NCBI GenBank assembly: GCA_021813945.1
Contig: JAKAJD010000003.1
Span: 45,193 to 109,192, forward strand
Source: a bacterium
GTDB lineage: Bacteria; Patescibacteriota; Microgenomatia; Curtissbacterales; GWA2-41-24
Direction of reading: 5' to 3'
Length of the DNA: 64,000 nucleotides
Shown here: piece by piece, positions 9,979 through 19,594 of the stretch
Numbering within the stretch: the stretch's first letter is position 1
Layout: the number at the start of each line of letters is the position of its first letter
The notes under the pieces: generated by a model
Databases searched by the model: none
Seen by the model: the letters and a program-made list of their open reading frames with translations, nothing else
Told to the model about the DNA's origin: nothing
Position numbers and translations under genes: made by a program

Positions 9979-10917
9979 ATGGAAGATGTAAGAAATGTTG
10001 CAATTGTCGGGTCCGGTCCGGCGGGTTTAACAGCTGCTATTTATCTTTCAAGAGCTGATCTTAAACCGTTGGTTTTTGCCGGTGTTCCTTGGGGCGGCCA
10101 GTTAATGCTAACAACGGATGTCGAAAATTATCCCGGTTTTGTTGATGGGATCTTGGGCCCGGATTTGATGGATAAATTCAGAAAACAGGCAGAACGTTTT
10201 GGGGCGGAAATCATAAATGAAAACGTATCGGCAGTCGATTTTAAGAAAAAACCTTTTAAGATAACTGCCGATGGGAAAGATTATTTGGTTAAGTCTGTGC
10301 TTATCGCGACAGGTGCGGAAACAAAATGGCTGGGGCTTCCCAATGAACAAAGGCTAATCGGTCACGGAGTTTCTTCTTGTGCTCCCTGCGATGCGTTTTT
10401 CTTTCGCGACAAAAAAGTGGTTGTTGTTGGAGGCGGGGACAGCGCGATGGAGGAAGCGCTGGTGCTTTCAAAATTTGCAACCGAGGTGACAATAATCCAC
10501 AGGCGAGACGAATTTAGAGCATCAAAGATAATGGCAGACCGTGCTAAAGCTAATTCCAAAATCAAATTTCTTTTAAATAGCGAGATTGTGGATGTTTTGG
10601 GAAAAGATAAACTTGAGGGGGTTAAGGTAAAAAATAAAGACGGATCGACCCAGGATTTAGCTGTTGATGGTATGTTTTTGGCGATTGGTCATTTGCCTGT
10701 TACCGGAGTTTTCAAAGGGCAAATTGAACTGGATGAGAAAGACTATATTGTCAGGAAGACTTTCGGTAGTGGTCCACAGTCGTTTAAGATGGCAACTTCT
10801 GTTGAAGGAGTTTTTGTGGCGGGAGATGTGCACGATGTAAGTTACAAACAGGCGGTTACCGCTGCAGGATATGGTTGTCAGGCAGCTTTAGAAGTTGAAC
10901 GCTGGCTCGAGATGTAG
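9979..10917 (+). CDS. trxB: Thioredoxin reductase
   Basis: GSGPAG, GGQL..T..VENYPG, CAPCD redox motif, GGGDSAMEEA, AGDV. Confidence 0.97.
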   Translation: MEDVRNVAIVGSGPAGLTAAIYLSRADLKPLVFAGVPWGGQLMLTTDVENYPGFVDGILGPDLMDKFRKQAERFGAEIINENVSAVDFKKKPFKITADGKDYLVKSVLIATGAETKWLGLPNEQRLIGHGVSSCAPCDAFFFRDKKVVVVGGGDSAMEEALVLSKFATEVTIIHRRDEFRASKIMADRAKANSKIKFLLNSEIVDVLGKDKLEGVKVKNKDGSTQDLAVDGMFLAIGHLPVTGVFKGQIELDEKDYIVRKTFGSGPQSFKMATSVEGVFVAGDVHDVSYKQAVTAAGYGCQAALEVERWLEM

Positions 10918-10969
10918 GCTTGACTTTAAGGCTATTTTCCCCTAAACTACTACTTTCTAACTAGTAGTT

Positions 10970-11356
10970 ATGTTCAGACTTTCGCAAAAATCAGATTACG
11001 GCTTAATGCTTCTTTTTGCTTTGAAAAAGGCAACCAGTAAGCCAGTTTCCATATCCCAAGTTGCCAAAAAAAACAAAATTTCTGCCAAATTTTTAGCTCA
11101 AGTTGCCAACGAGTTGAAAAAAGCAGGAATTGTGGCCTCAAAAGAAGGTGTAAACGGTGGTTATACCCTTGCAAAACCAGCTAAAGAGATAAAAGTTTTG
11201 GATGTTTTAACCGTTTTGGATGGGGGACTCGTGAAAGGTGAATGTTTTGAGGATGGCCATGAGTGCAATTGTGGAGCACGAGATATTTGGCTTTCGATGA
11301 AAGAACAAATGGAGGAGGTAGTCGGCAAAAAAACCGTCGCCGATCTTGTGCTCTAA
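10970..11356 (+). CDS. Rrf2-family transcriptional regulator (IscR-like)
   Basis: DYG, SKEG.NGGY.LAKP wHTH motif; three Cys; heads the SUF cluster. Confidence 0.9.
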   Translation: MFRLSQKSDYGLMLLFALKKATSKPVSISQVAKKNKISAKFLAQVANELKKAGIVASKEGVNGGYTLAKPAKEIKVLDVLTVLDGGLVKGECFEDGHECNCGARDIWLSMKEQMEEVVGKKTVADLVL

Positions 11357-11839
11357 ATGGTAAATGAAGCAGATATGCGCAAATGGGTGAATGACGCAAC
11401 AGAGGGGATTATTGATGAGCAAATGGGGTACTCTGCCATAGAGGATGTTGCAAAAGATGTTGCAACACGTGTCGTGCCAAGGTTGGCTAGAGAAGCGGCA
11501 GCCAGAGGTACTGACGGTAACAATACTGACAGCCTGTTAGCTGTTAAGTTACTTATCAGAAACGGAGCCATAGGGGTTGCAGTCGATTCAACTGAGCGTG
11601 AAGCAGCCGGTCTAGATAAAGATATAAGATTGGATAAACAGCCAGTTGCCCAAACAGATACCCAAAGACAAGGTTTTGCACTTGCAATAGTAATCAATCC
11701 AACCGTGGCCAATAAACTGACTTTGAGCGATGATCATGATCTAGCTGTAGGGCGAGTGAGAGATGTGATGCTGGAAGCTTATGATGCATTTTCCCAATTA
11801 ACCAAAAAAGGAGAGTTTATTCCTCATTACGAAATATGA
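11357..11839 (+). CDS. Hypothetical protein
   Basis: ORF tightly coupled to both neighbours; no recognised motif. Confidence 0.55.
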   Translation: MVNEADMRKWVNDATEGIIDEQMGYSAIEDVAKDVATRVVPRLAREAAARGTDGNNTDSLLAVKLLIRNGAIGVAVDSTEREAAGLDKDIRLDKQPVAQTDTQRQGFALAIVINPTVANKLTLSDDHDLAVGRVRDVMLEAYDAFSQLTKKGEFIPHYEI

Positions 11840-12258
11840 AGTATTGGATTTTGGTAACACACCCTAAAAATTTTGAAGTTATGAAAGTGAAGAACATCGC
11901 GGCAATGAAGGAAAAACGGAAAAGCTACGCGCTTTCCGTTGAGCCAGGCGATAAAGTAGTGTTTTATCTGACAAAAATCGGCAAGTTTGGTGGAGCAGCG
12001 GAATTTGCAACAAGGGCAAGAAATGAAACTTCAAAGATTTTTCCGGAAGAAAAGGTTGGGGAAACGCATCCATGGCGGTTCGACGTTAAATTCGAAGTCA
12101 AACTCGACGAAAAAGGGTATGTACCTAGCGAAAATTTTAAGGATAAACTGGAATATCTCAAAAAATGGCCTGCAAAATATTGGAAATTGGGCTTTCAAGG
12201 GAATGTGCACGAAATTGGTAAGGAAGATTGGGAAACACTATTGAAAGGAATGAAATAA
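11836..12258 (+). CDS. EVE domain protein
   Basis: MKYWI, PGDKVVFY, HPWR, FQG..EI...DW pattern. Confidence 0.85.
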   Translation: MKYWILVTHPKNFEVMKVKNIAAMKEKRKSYALSVEPGDKVVFYLTKIGKFGGAAEFATRARNETSKIFPEEKVGETHPWRFDVKFEVKLDEKGYVPSENFKDKLEYLKKWPAKYWKLGFQGNVHEIGKEDWETLLKGMK

Positions 12259-12498
12259 ATGGGAAAAGAAATGGGAGGTCATTTCGGGATAAAGGGAGTG
12301 ATAGAATTTGTCAGAAGAAAGTTTGAAAGGGTAAATCCGGTTGCTGCCTCTCTTGAAGGTCCCGAATTGACAGCTGATGAGAAAGAAGAGCAACACCTCG
12401 TAAGTTTGCCGGGTACAAAGAGGCATGCTGATGCTGCACGGGGAGATATACCATTTGATGATTTAGCAGAACATAGAAAAAGGAGAGGTTTGAAATAA
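12259..12498 (+). CDS. Hypothetical protein
   Basis: Starts immediately after the EVE stop codon. Confidence 0.5.
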   Translation: MGKEMGGHFGIKGVIEFVRRKFERVNPVAASLEGPELTADEKEEQHLVSLPGTKRHADAARGDIPFDDLAEHRKRRGLK

Positions 12499-12510
12499 GG
12501 AGGTGATTTT

Positions 12511-12753
12511 ATGGTCAGGAGTAATGGACTTAATTCGAGACTAATTAGCCAGCGTAGAGAGAGAGGCGGTACGCGAGTGATGCCTACTCCAAGATTCGAT
12601 CAGGAGGGTGGAGGTTCTAGTTCAGATGTGCAAATTATTGAGGTCAATTTAGGCGAAGTCCTTAAGGTGGTTGCAAAAACTGCACCCGAAAAAATTATAG
12701 AAAATTATGGTGTGGGCGAAAGGGAACTGACTAAGCCCCGAAGGGAGAGATGA
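12511..12753 (+). CDS. Hypothetical protein
   Basis: Strong Shine-Dalgarno AAGGAGGTG upstream. Confidence 0.55.
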   Translation: MVRSNGLNSRLISQRRERGGTRVMPTPRFDQEGGGSSSDVQIIEVNLGEVLKVVAKTAPEKIIENYGVGERELTKPRRER

Positions 12754-12756
12754 TAG

Positions 12757-12987
12757 ATGGCTCGGGAACAATTTATTGGTCAAGGAATTACAGTTGCAAA
12801 TGCCGTTGGTGAACGGTTTTTTGATGCTGCATCTAAAGTATCCGATTTTGCCAGGGAAGACACTACAAGGTCAGTGGCAGCTGCAGTAGCGTTCGTGGTT
12901 GTTTTTGGAGCGGTTGCGGCAAGTACGGCAATTACAGGAAGGGAGAATGGTCAGGATGAACCTACAAATAAAAGGCCTCAAAGTTAA
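12757..12987 (+). CDS. Hypothetical single-TM protein
   Basis: Ala/Val hydrophobic segment; operon-like spacing. Confidence 0.5.
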   Translation: MAREQFIGQGITVANAVGERFFDAASKVSDFAREDTTRSVAAAVAFVVVFGAVAASTAITGRENGQDEPTNKRPQS

Positions 12988-13732
12988 AGCTGGAGACAGC
13001 CAAATTCTAAAGGGTGTTGACCTTAAGATTGGTGCCGGCGAAGTGCATGTAGTGATGGGGCCAAATGGGTCTGGGAAGTCGACACTGGCGCAGGTTATTG
13101 CGGGGCATCCTTTCTATAAAATCTCCGGTGGAACAATTTCTGTTGATCGCAAGACTATCAATAAATTAAGTGCAGATAAAAGGGCAAAACTTGGGATATT
13201 TCTGGGTTTCCAGAATCCTGTAGAGATTCCGGGAGTTTCTGTTTTTAATGTGTTAAGAAAGGCAGGTCAAGCAAAAGGCCAGGCCTTTTCCAAGGGTGAT
13301 TCAAAGCTAAGGCCTGGCCTTAACTTAGGGAACTTTCGTAATCAACTTCTTGAATACGCGTCTTCCTTGAAACTTTCTCCGGACCATATTTCCCGTTCGT
13401 TTAATGAAGGTTTTTCCGGTGGGGAGAAAAAGAGGAATGAAATTTTGCAGATGCTGGCCCTTTCGCCAAAATTGGTGATTTTGGATGAAATTGACAGCGG
13501 ATTGGATGTGGATGGATTAAAGGTTGTTGCTCAGGCAATTGCGAAATTCCATAAGAAAAATCCAAAATCATCGATCGTTTTGATTACGCATTACGCTCGA
13601 ATACTTAAATATTTGAGAGCAGATTATGTGCATGTGATGATAGACGGGAAAATTGTCAAATCCGGAAAACAAAAACTGGCGAGTGATATTGAAGATAAAG
13701 GTTACGAGAAATGGCAGACGCAATCCCTGTAA
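12947..13732 (+). CDS. sufC: Fe-S cluster assembly ATPase SufC
   Basis: [47 protein letters not shown]; start uncertain (12947 or 12956). Confidence 0.97.
   Translation: MVRMNLQIKGLKVKAGDSQILKGVDLKIGAGEVHVVMGPNGSGKSTLAQVIAGHPFYKISGGTISVDRKTINKLSADKRAKLGIFLGFQNPVEIPGVSVFNVLRKAGQAKGQAFSKGDSKLRPGLNLGNFRNQLLEYASSLKLSPDHISRSFNEGFSGGEKKRNEILQMLALSPKLVILDEIDSGLDVDGLKVVAQAIAKFHKKNPKSSIVLITHYARILKYLRADYVHVMIDGKIVKSGKQKLASDIEDKGYEKWQTQSL
13275..13321. repeat. 13-bp inverted-repeat element inside sufC
   Basis: AAGGCCAGGCCTT-N21-AAGGCCTGGCCTT. Confidence 0.85.
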
Positions 13733-15105
13733 ATGATTATAAATACGGCTTTTCGAAGCCGGAGAATTATGTTTTTAAGGCCAAGCGCGGTTTGGATCGG
13801 AGTGTCGTGGAGCAGATTAGTTCTATGAAGAGTGAACCCGACTGGATGAGGGTACTGAGAATCAAAGCGCTTGAGATTTTTGGAAAGAAAAAGATGCCGG
13901 CGTGGGGAGCGGATCTAACTTCAATCAACTTTGACAACATTTTCTACTACATAAAGCCGACGGATAACCAAAAAAGCGACTGGCGGGATCTACCGAAGGA
14001 AATAAAGGATACTTACGATGCCATTGGAATTCCGGAGGCGGAAAGAAATCTTTTGGCTGGGGTTACGGCGCAGTACGAAAGCGAGGCGGTTTACCATTCT
14101 TTCCAAAAGAAGTGGGAGGAAATGGGCGTTATTTTTTGCGATATGGACACGGCGCTTGCCAAATATCCGGACATTGTTAAATCTTATTTTGGAAAAAGCA
14201 TTCCTGCGGCGGACAATAAATTTGCGGCGCTAAATTCGGCGGTTTGGAGTGGCGGATCTTTCATTTATGTTCCCAAGGGAGTCAAAGTGGACATTCCGCT
14301 TCAAGCATATTTTAGGATCAATGCTGCCAATATGGGGCAGTTTGAAAGAACACTAATTATTGTGGATGAAGGCGCGTATGTGCATTATGTCGAAGGTTGT
14401 ACGGCACCTGTTTATTCAACGGATTCGCTGCATGCGGCGGTTGTTGAGATTTTTGTCAAAAAGGGCGCGCGCTGCAGGTACACAACTATCCAAAATTGGA
14501 GTAATAACGTTTATAACCTGGTGACCAAGCGGGCGTTTGTTAGTGAAGACGGCGTGATGGAATGGGTGGACGGCAATTTGGGAAGCAAGATTACGATGAA
14601 ATATCCGAGTTGTTATCTGGTTGGGCGCGGGGCGAGGGGAGAAATTTTATCTTTGGCTCTTGCCGGGAGCGGACAGCATCAGGACGCGGGCGGAAAGCTG
14701 ATGTTTCTGGCGCCGGATACAAGCGGGGAGATAATATCAAAATCAGTTAGCGTTGGAACGGGAAGGACGAGTTATCGGGGACTGGTCAAGATTATTAAAA
14801 ATGCAGAAAGGGTGAAGTGTAATGTGCGCTGCGATGCTTTGATTATTGATGAAGAAAGCCGATCCGATACTTATCCAACAATGGAAGTTGCGGAAGACAA
14901 TGTGCAGATTGGCCATGAGGCGTCGGTTTCCAGAATCGGTGAGGAACAACTGTTCTATTTGATGAGTCGAGGACTTTCGGAAGCGGATGCGACATCCTTA
15001 ATTGTAAACGGTTTTATCGAGCCGATTGTCAAAGAACTTCCATTGGAATATGCAGTGGAACTAAATCGGCTAATAAATATGAGTATGGAAGGAAGTGTAG
15101 GGTGA
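13711..15105 (+). CDS. sufB: Fe-S cluster assembly protein SufB
   Basis: [36 protein letters not shown]...MEGSVG. Confidence 0.98.
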   Translation: MADAIPVNDYKYGFSKPENYVFKAKRGLDRSVVEQISSMKSEPDWMRVLRIKALEIFGKKKMPAWGADLTSINFDNIFYYIKPTDNQKSDWRDLPKEIKDTYDAIGIPEAERNLLAGVTAQYESEAVYHSFQKKWEEMGVIFCDMDTALAKYPDIVKSYFGKSIPAADNKFAALNSAVWSGGSFIYVPKGVKVDIPLQAYFRINAANMGQFERTLIIVDEGAYVHYVEGCTAPVYSTDSLHAAVVEIFVKKGARCRYTTIQNWSNNVYNLVTKRAFVSEDGVMEWVDGNLGSKITMKYPSCYLVGRGARGEILSLALAGSGQHQDAGGKLMFLAPDTSGEIISKSVSVGTGRTSYRGLVKIIKNAERVKCNVRCDALIIDEESRSDTYPTMEVAEDNVQIGHEASVSRIGEEQLFYLMSRGLSEADATSLIVNGFIEPIVKELPLEYAVELNRLINMSMEGSVG

Positions 15106-15767
15106 GAAGATTAATATATTTGCCAGATTTACATAGACCGTCCGAAACTGAAGTAGAGCCCATATTACCGAATGCCTTGAAAGAAGAGTTAGACGAACGG
15201 TCAAAGAGGATATGGAAATTAATTGCTGATCATGTAGATGCCTCTAATTTAGATTTTTCAAGAGTACGTGTTTATTTTGAGTCAGTTTCAGAAGAAGATG
15301 TCAGACTAATTTCGGAAACAGGTGCCCTAGTAACTGAGGACCCAGGCCCTGAACATTTATTGTTAGAGGAGCTTCATAAAAAGGGAGCCGTTATTGAGGC
15401 TTCTGAGGATCCAGCAATCTATGAGAGGCAAACTGCTTTGCAGAGAGTCATTGTGGATGCTATTAAAGGGTATGGTGGTGAAGCATCAGAGGATGAAAAA
15501 TTAAACGTTCTTTTTGAACGTCATGACCGGATAGACTTGGAAAGAGATAGAGCAGTAGCTGCAATAATTAACAGAACCTTAACTGATGCAGAGGTCGGAA
15601 TACTTTTCTTTGGTGCTGGCCATAATATATTGGCATTTCTAGACCCTGATATCACAATAGAAGTTTCCCAGGAGTTACTTGCTGAGATTGGCAGGTGTGA
15701 GCTGGATTATGAACAGCGTTTTCCTCATTTGGAGTCCTTGAGAACAGGAAAGGAAGCGATTATTTAA
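15102..15767 (+). CDS. Hypothetical protein inserted between sufB and sufD (TraB/GumN-like C-terminal motif)
   Basis: Overlaps the sufB stop; ERD..A..I...GILFFGAGH. Confidence 0.55.
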   Translation: MRRLIYLPDLHRPSETEVEPILPNALKEELDERSKRIWKLIADHVDASNLDFSRVRVYFESVSEEDVRLISETGALVTEDPGPEHLLLEELHKKGAVIEASEDPAIYERQTALQRVIVDAIKGYGGEASEDEKLNVLFERHDRIDLERDRAVAAIINRTLTDAEVGILFFGAGHNILAFLDPDITIEVSQELLAEIGRCELDYEQRFPHLESLRTGKEAII

Positions 15768-15771
15768 AAAA

Positions 15772-16302
15772 ATGAAGCTGATTGTTTTGAAAAAAGGAGA
15801 AAAGAAGGTGATTCCGGCGTTGCTGGAGGATTCGCAAAAAAGGATCGATGTTGATTTGGTTGGTGACGGAGCGGAAGTTGAGATTGTTGGTTTGGTTTTG
15901 GGAAAAGATGCTGATGATAAAGCGATGGAGGTTTTTATTACGCATTCGGCTCCGAGGACAAAATCTAAAGTAAATGTGCGGGCGGTTTTGAGGAACAAAT
16001 CGACTTTCGCGTTCCGAGGTAATGTAAAAATCGAAAAAGGGGCAAAAGGGGCGGATGCGTATTTAAGGTCCGACGTTCTTTTATTTGATGAAGCGAAAAT
16101 GGGTGATGACACGCCGGCTTTGGAAATTTTGGAGCGGGATGTAAAGGCAGGTCATGCAGCAACGGTTGGGAAGGTCGATGAGCAAATGCTTTTCTATCTG
16201 ATGAGTCGTGGTTTAGCGCGAAAACAGGCGGAGAAATTGTTGATTGAGGGGTTTGTTAATCCAATTCGAGATAAAATGAAGGAGTTAAATGGCCAAGATT
16301 AA
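15772..16302 (+). CDS. sufD: SufD-family protein (short, C-terminal beta-helix only)
   Basis: PALEI...[19 protein letters not shown]...A..LLIEGF. Confidence 0.9.
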   Translation: MKLIVLKKGEKKVIPALLEDSQKRIDVDLVGDGAEVEIVGLVLGKDADDKAMEVFITHSAPRTKSKVNVRAVLRNKSTFAFRGNVKIEKGAKGADAYLRSDVLLFDEAKMGDDTPALEILERDVKAGHAATVGKVDEQMLFYLMSRGLARKQAEKLLIEGFVNPIRDKMKELNGQD

Positions 16303-16600
16303 AGTTTGCGAATATAAAGAGGTGCCAGAAGGTGATATGAAAAAGTTCATGCCTAAGGGCATTCCAATTGCTATCTATAAACTTTCCGGCCAGGTTTATG
16401 CGACTTCTGATATGTGTAATTACGACGGTTCTTTTTTGGACGAAAACCATAAGATGCACAATTATATGGTCGAGTGTACTATCCATAACGAGCAATGGGA
16501 TATAAGAACCGGTGAGGTTGTTCTGCCACCTGCCACAGAAAAGCTAAAGACTTATAAGGCTGAGATAGTTGGAGAGGACATTTATGTCGATCTTGTTTAA
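16289..16600 (+). CDS. Rieske-type ferredoxin-like protein with degenerate first ligand box
   Basis: ATSDMCNY (CxH lost), ECTIH, WDIRTGEV..PPA. Confidence 0.8.
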   Translation: MAKIKVCEYKEVPEGDMKKFMPKGIPIAIYKLSGQVYATSDMCNYDGSFLDENHKMHNYMVECTIHNEQWDIRTGEVVLPPATEKLKTYKAEIVGEDIYVDLV

Positions 16601-16611
16601 ATGAGGTGACA

Positions 16612-16923
16612 ATGGCGAAATTTAAGTTATCTAAAGGTGATGTTGAAAAAGGAAAGGTTAAGGCTGTAAAAGTCGGCCAGGAAGAAGTGGCTGTTTATCA
16701 CACAGAAGCCGATGAATGGTTTGCGACAAGCGATATTTGTACTCACGAACAGTGCAATTTGAGTTACGAGGGAGGAAAATTGCAGGGCCATGAAATCGAA
16801 TGTGATTGCCACGGTTCTAAATTCGATATTCGGACTGGTGCAGTTATTCTGCCTCCGGCAATGGAACCACTAAAAACCTTTAAAGTCCAAACAGAAGGGG
16901 AAAATGTACTCATTGAAGAGTAA
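16612..16923 (+). CDS. Rieske [2Fe-2S] ferredoxin
   Basis: CTH and CDCH boxes, FDIRTG...PPA. Confidence 0.92.
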   Translation: MAKFKLSKGDVEKGKVKAVKVGQEEVAVYHTEADEWFATSDICTHEQCNLSYEGGKLQGHEIECDCHGSKFDIRTGAVILPPAMEPLKTFKVQTEGENVLIEE

Positions 16924-16931
16924 AAGCCAAT

Positions 16932-18152
16932 ATGAAGGTTATAAAAGCGGATTTTCCGATTCTTGATAAGAAGGTTAATGGACGAAATTTGGTTTATCTG
17001 GACAGCGCGGCAACTTCTCAAAAGCCGAAACAGGTAATTGATGCCATTTCCGATTATTATCGAAATAACAATGCGAATGTGCATCGGGGAATTCACACAT
17101 TGTCTGTTGAGGCCACGGAGGCCTATGAAGGTGCAAGAAAAAAGGTTGCAGGATTTGTTGGAGTTAAAGATTCTTCTGAGATTGTATTTGTTCGGAATGC
17201 GACGGAGGCAATCAATTTAGTGGCGTATTCCTGGGGTAGATTAAATATCGAAAAAGGAGATGAGGTTGTGGTGACGGTTGCCGAACATCACAGCAATTTT
17301 GTGCCGTGGCAGCAGCTGGCAATCGAGAACGGAGCAACACTAAAAATCGTTCCTATTGATAGTGATGGAGAGTTGGATATAGAAGCCTTTGAAAAAGCAA
17401 TTTCTTCTAAAACAAAATTAGTAGCGTTTTTCCATGTAAGTAATGTTCTTGGGACGATTAATGACGTTAAGCGACTATCGACTATTGTCAATCGAAAATC
17501 GAAAGCCAGGATTTTAATTGATGGGGCACAAGCTGTACCGCATATGCCAGTGGATATTTCCAAAATCGGCTGTGATTTTTATGTTTTTACGGGCCATAAA
17601 ATGCTTGGGCCGACGGGAATTGGTGTTTTGTGGACCAGACGGGAACTTCTTTCGCAAATGCCACCTTTTTTATTTGGTGGGGAAATGATCTCGAAGGTGC
17701 AGTTAGCCAAATCAACATGGAATGAGTTGCCGTGGAAGTTTGAAGCTGGAACGCCGGACATTGCCGGTGCAGTTGGCTTAGGAGCAGCAGTCGACTATTT
17801 GTCGAAAATTGGGATGGAAAATGTCAGGAAGCATGAAATCGAGCTTGTTGAGTATGCAGTAAAAAGGCTATCTAAGATAAAAGATGTGCAGATAATTGGA
17901 TCTTTGGATCCTAAAAAAAGAGGCGGGGTGGTAGCTTTTAATGTCGATGATATCCATGCACACGATGTGGCTTCTATTTTGGATTCAGAGGGAATTGCAA
18001 TTAGATCCGGTCACCATTGTGCGCAGCCTTTAATGGAGTATTTAGGCATAAAATCGGCTGCCAGGGCTTCCTTCTATATATATAATGACAAGTCGGATGT
18101 AGACAAGCTGGTTGAGGGAATTGAGAAAGTGAGAAAGGTTTTCAAGAGATGA
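16932..18152 (+). CDS. sufS: Cysteine desulfurase SufS
   Basis: YLDSAATSQKP, EHHSN, DGAQ, TGHKMLGPTG, RSGHHCA. Confidence 0.97.
   Translation: MKVIKADFPILDKKVNGRNLVYLDSAATSQKPKQVIDAISDYYRNNNANVHRGIHTLSVEATEAYEGARKKVAGFVGVKDSSEIVFVRNATEAINLVAYSWGRLNIEKGDEVVVTVAEHHSNFVPWQQLAIENGATLKIVPIDSDGELDIEAFEKAISSKTKLVAFFHVSNVLGTINDVKRLSTIVNRKSKARILIDGAQAVPHMPVDISKIGCDFYVFTGHKMLGPTGIGVLWTRRELLSQMPPFLFGGEMISKVQLAKSTWNELPWKFEAGTPDIAGAVGLGAAVDYLSKIGMENVRKHEIELVEYAVKRLSKIKDVQIIGSLDPKKRGGVVAFNVDDIHAHDVASILDSEGIAIRSGHHCAQPLMEYLGIKSAARASFYIYNDKSDVDKLVEGIEKVRKVFKR
17472..17506 (+). repeat. Degenerate heptamer repeat inside sufS
   Basis: CGACTAT CGACTAT TGTCAAT CGAAAAT CGAAAGC, encoding RLSTIVNRKSKA. Confidence 0.6.
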
Positions 18153-18520
18153 CGAACGATTTATATTACCGCGAGCGAATATTAGAGCATTGGCAAAATC
18201 CGCAGAATTTTGGGGTGATTTCTGATGCCGATTTGGTGATTGATCAAGTTAATCCGCTATGTGGAGACGAAGTGACCTTTTACTTCAAGATCAATAGCGG
18301 GAAGATAAAGGACGTAGCGTTTTCTGGGTCGGGCTGTGCTATATCTATTGCATCTGCTTCGATTTTGTCGGAAAATATCCGGAACAAGAAAGTTTCAACG
18401 CTTTGCCGAATAACAGGGGAGGATGTTTTGAAGCTTTTAGGCGGACCGGTTGCGCCGGCAAGGTTGAAATGCGCATTTTTAGCACTGGAAGTTATCAGGA
18501 GAATCAATGGCAATAGCTAA
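18149..18520 (+). CDS. sufU: SufU / IscU-like scaffold
   Basis: ILEH..NP.N, NPLCGD, GCAIS.AS, RLKCA. Confidence 0.9.
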   Translation: MTNDLYYRERILEHWQNPQNFGVISDADLVIDQVNPLCGDEVTFYFKINSGKIKDVAFSGSGCAISIASASILSENIRNKKVSTLCRITGEDVLKLLGGPVAPARLKCAFLALEVIRRINGNS

Positions 18521-18522
18521 AA

Positions 18523-18584
18523 AAAATATCAGCAGGTTGCCTCGGCACCTTTCAGTCATGCCGATGGCGCTCCTCTGATATTTT
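18523..18584. repeat. Structured hairpin element homologous to 29041-29109
   Basis: ATATCAG...TCGGCAC...TCATGCCGA...GCTCCTCTGATAT. Confidence 0.75.
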
Positions 18585-18592
18585 AAATTTTT

Positions 18593-18817
18593 ATGACTAA
18601 AAAATATAAAATAACGATTGATAGAAACCTTTGTATAGGTGCTGCGTCTTGTGTTGCGTTGGCAATGAAGACGTTTGAGCTGGATTCTGAAAATAAGGCG
18701 ATTATTATAGACGAGGCGGGGGATGAGGCAGAAACTATCAAGCTTGCCGCAGAATCTTGCCCGACAAAGGCAATAATTCTGGAAAACATCGAAACTGGTG
18801 AGCAGGAATACCCCTGA
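18593..18817 (+). CDS. Single-cluster ferredoxin (3Fe-4S/4Fe-4S type)
   Basis: CIGAASC...F.LD...CPTKAI. Confidence 0.9.
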   Translation: MTKKYKITIDRNLCIGAASCVALAMKTFELDSENKAIIIDEAGDEAETIKLAAESCPTKAIILENIETGEQEYP

Positions 18818-18856
18818 TAAAGTCAAAAGTTTCAAATAAGCTGTTAAAATAGGCTC

Positions 18857-19585
18857 ATGGCGCAAAGTAAGATAGCTGAACGCGAACCGCAACATCCAAG
18901 AAGCGGAAATTTTATCCGTGATATTGTCTTTGGGGCAAACGACGGGGTGGTAACGGCAATCGGGTTTGTTATTGGAATTGCCGCTTCTATTGCACACAGG
19001 GAAATAATTGTGGTTGCCGGAGTATTGGAAGTTGTTGCTGGTGCGGCTTCGATGGCACTCGGGAATTATTTGGCTGTTAAAAGCCAAAGAGAATATTACG
19101 AGGCGATGGAGCGGATCGAAAAGTGGGAGATGAAGAATAAGCCGGAAGTCGAGCGGGATGAAATAAGGGAAATTTACACTGATATGGGCTTTGAAAAGGA
19201 TCAGGTTGAGCTTTTGACTAAAAAGGTGACAAGTGATGACGCAATGTGGTTGGACGTGATGATGAGAGAGGAGCTGGGTTTAACAAAGCAAGAAGCCGGA
19301 AACCCGATAATGTCCGGAATCATAATCGGTTTCTTCTTTTTAGTAGGCGGGATGCTTGTGATTTTGCCATATATTTTTGTTTCACCTTTAACTTCTGCAC
19401 TTATTGCCTCATTTATAGTTGGAATTTTGGTTTTAGTGGGAATTGCTGTAATCCGCTGGTTTCTAAACAAAGGCAGTTTAGGCCAGAAGGTTGCTGAAAC
19501 CGTGATTATCGGTGTGGTTGCCGCATTAATTGGTTATGTGGCCGGTTTGGTTTTGAAGCTTTTTGGGTTTAATATTACACTGTAA
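18857..19585 (+). CDS. VIT1/CCC1 iron/manganese transporter
   Basis: RDIVFGANDG, AGAASMALGNYLA, MMREELG. Confidence 0.92.
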   Translation: MAQSKIAEREPQHPRSGNFIRDIVFGANDGVVTAIGFVIGIAASIAHREIIVVAGVLEVVAGAASMALGNYLAVKSQREYYEAMERIEKWEMKNKPEVERDEIREIYTDMGFEKDQVELLTKKVTSDDAMWLDVMMREELGLTKQEAGNPIMSGIIIGFFFLVGGMLVILPYIFVSPLTSALIASFIVGILVLVGIAVIRWFLNKGSLGQKVAETVIIGVVAALIGYVAGLVLKLFGFNITL

Positions 19586-19594
19586 ATTATTAAA

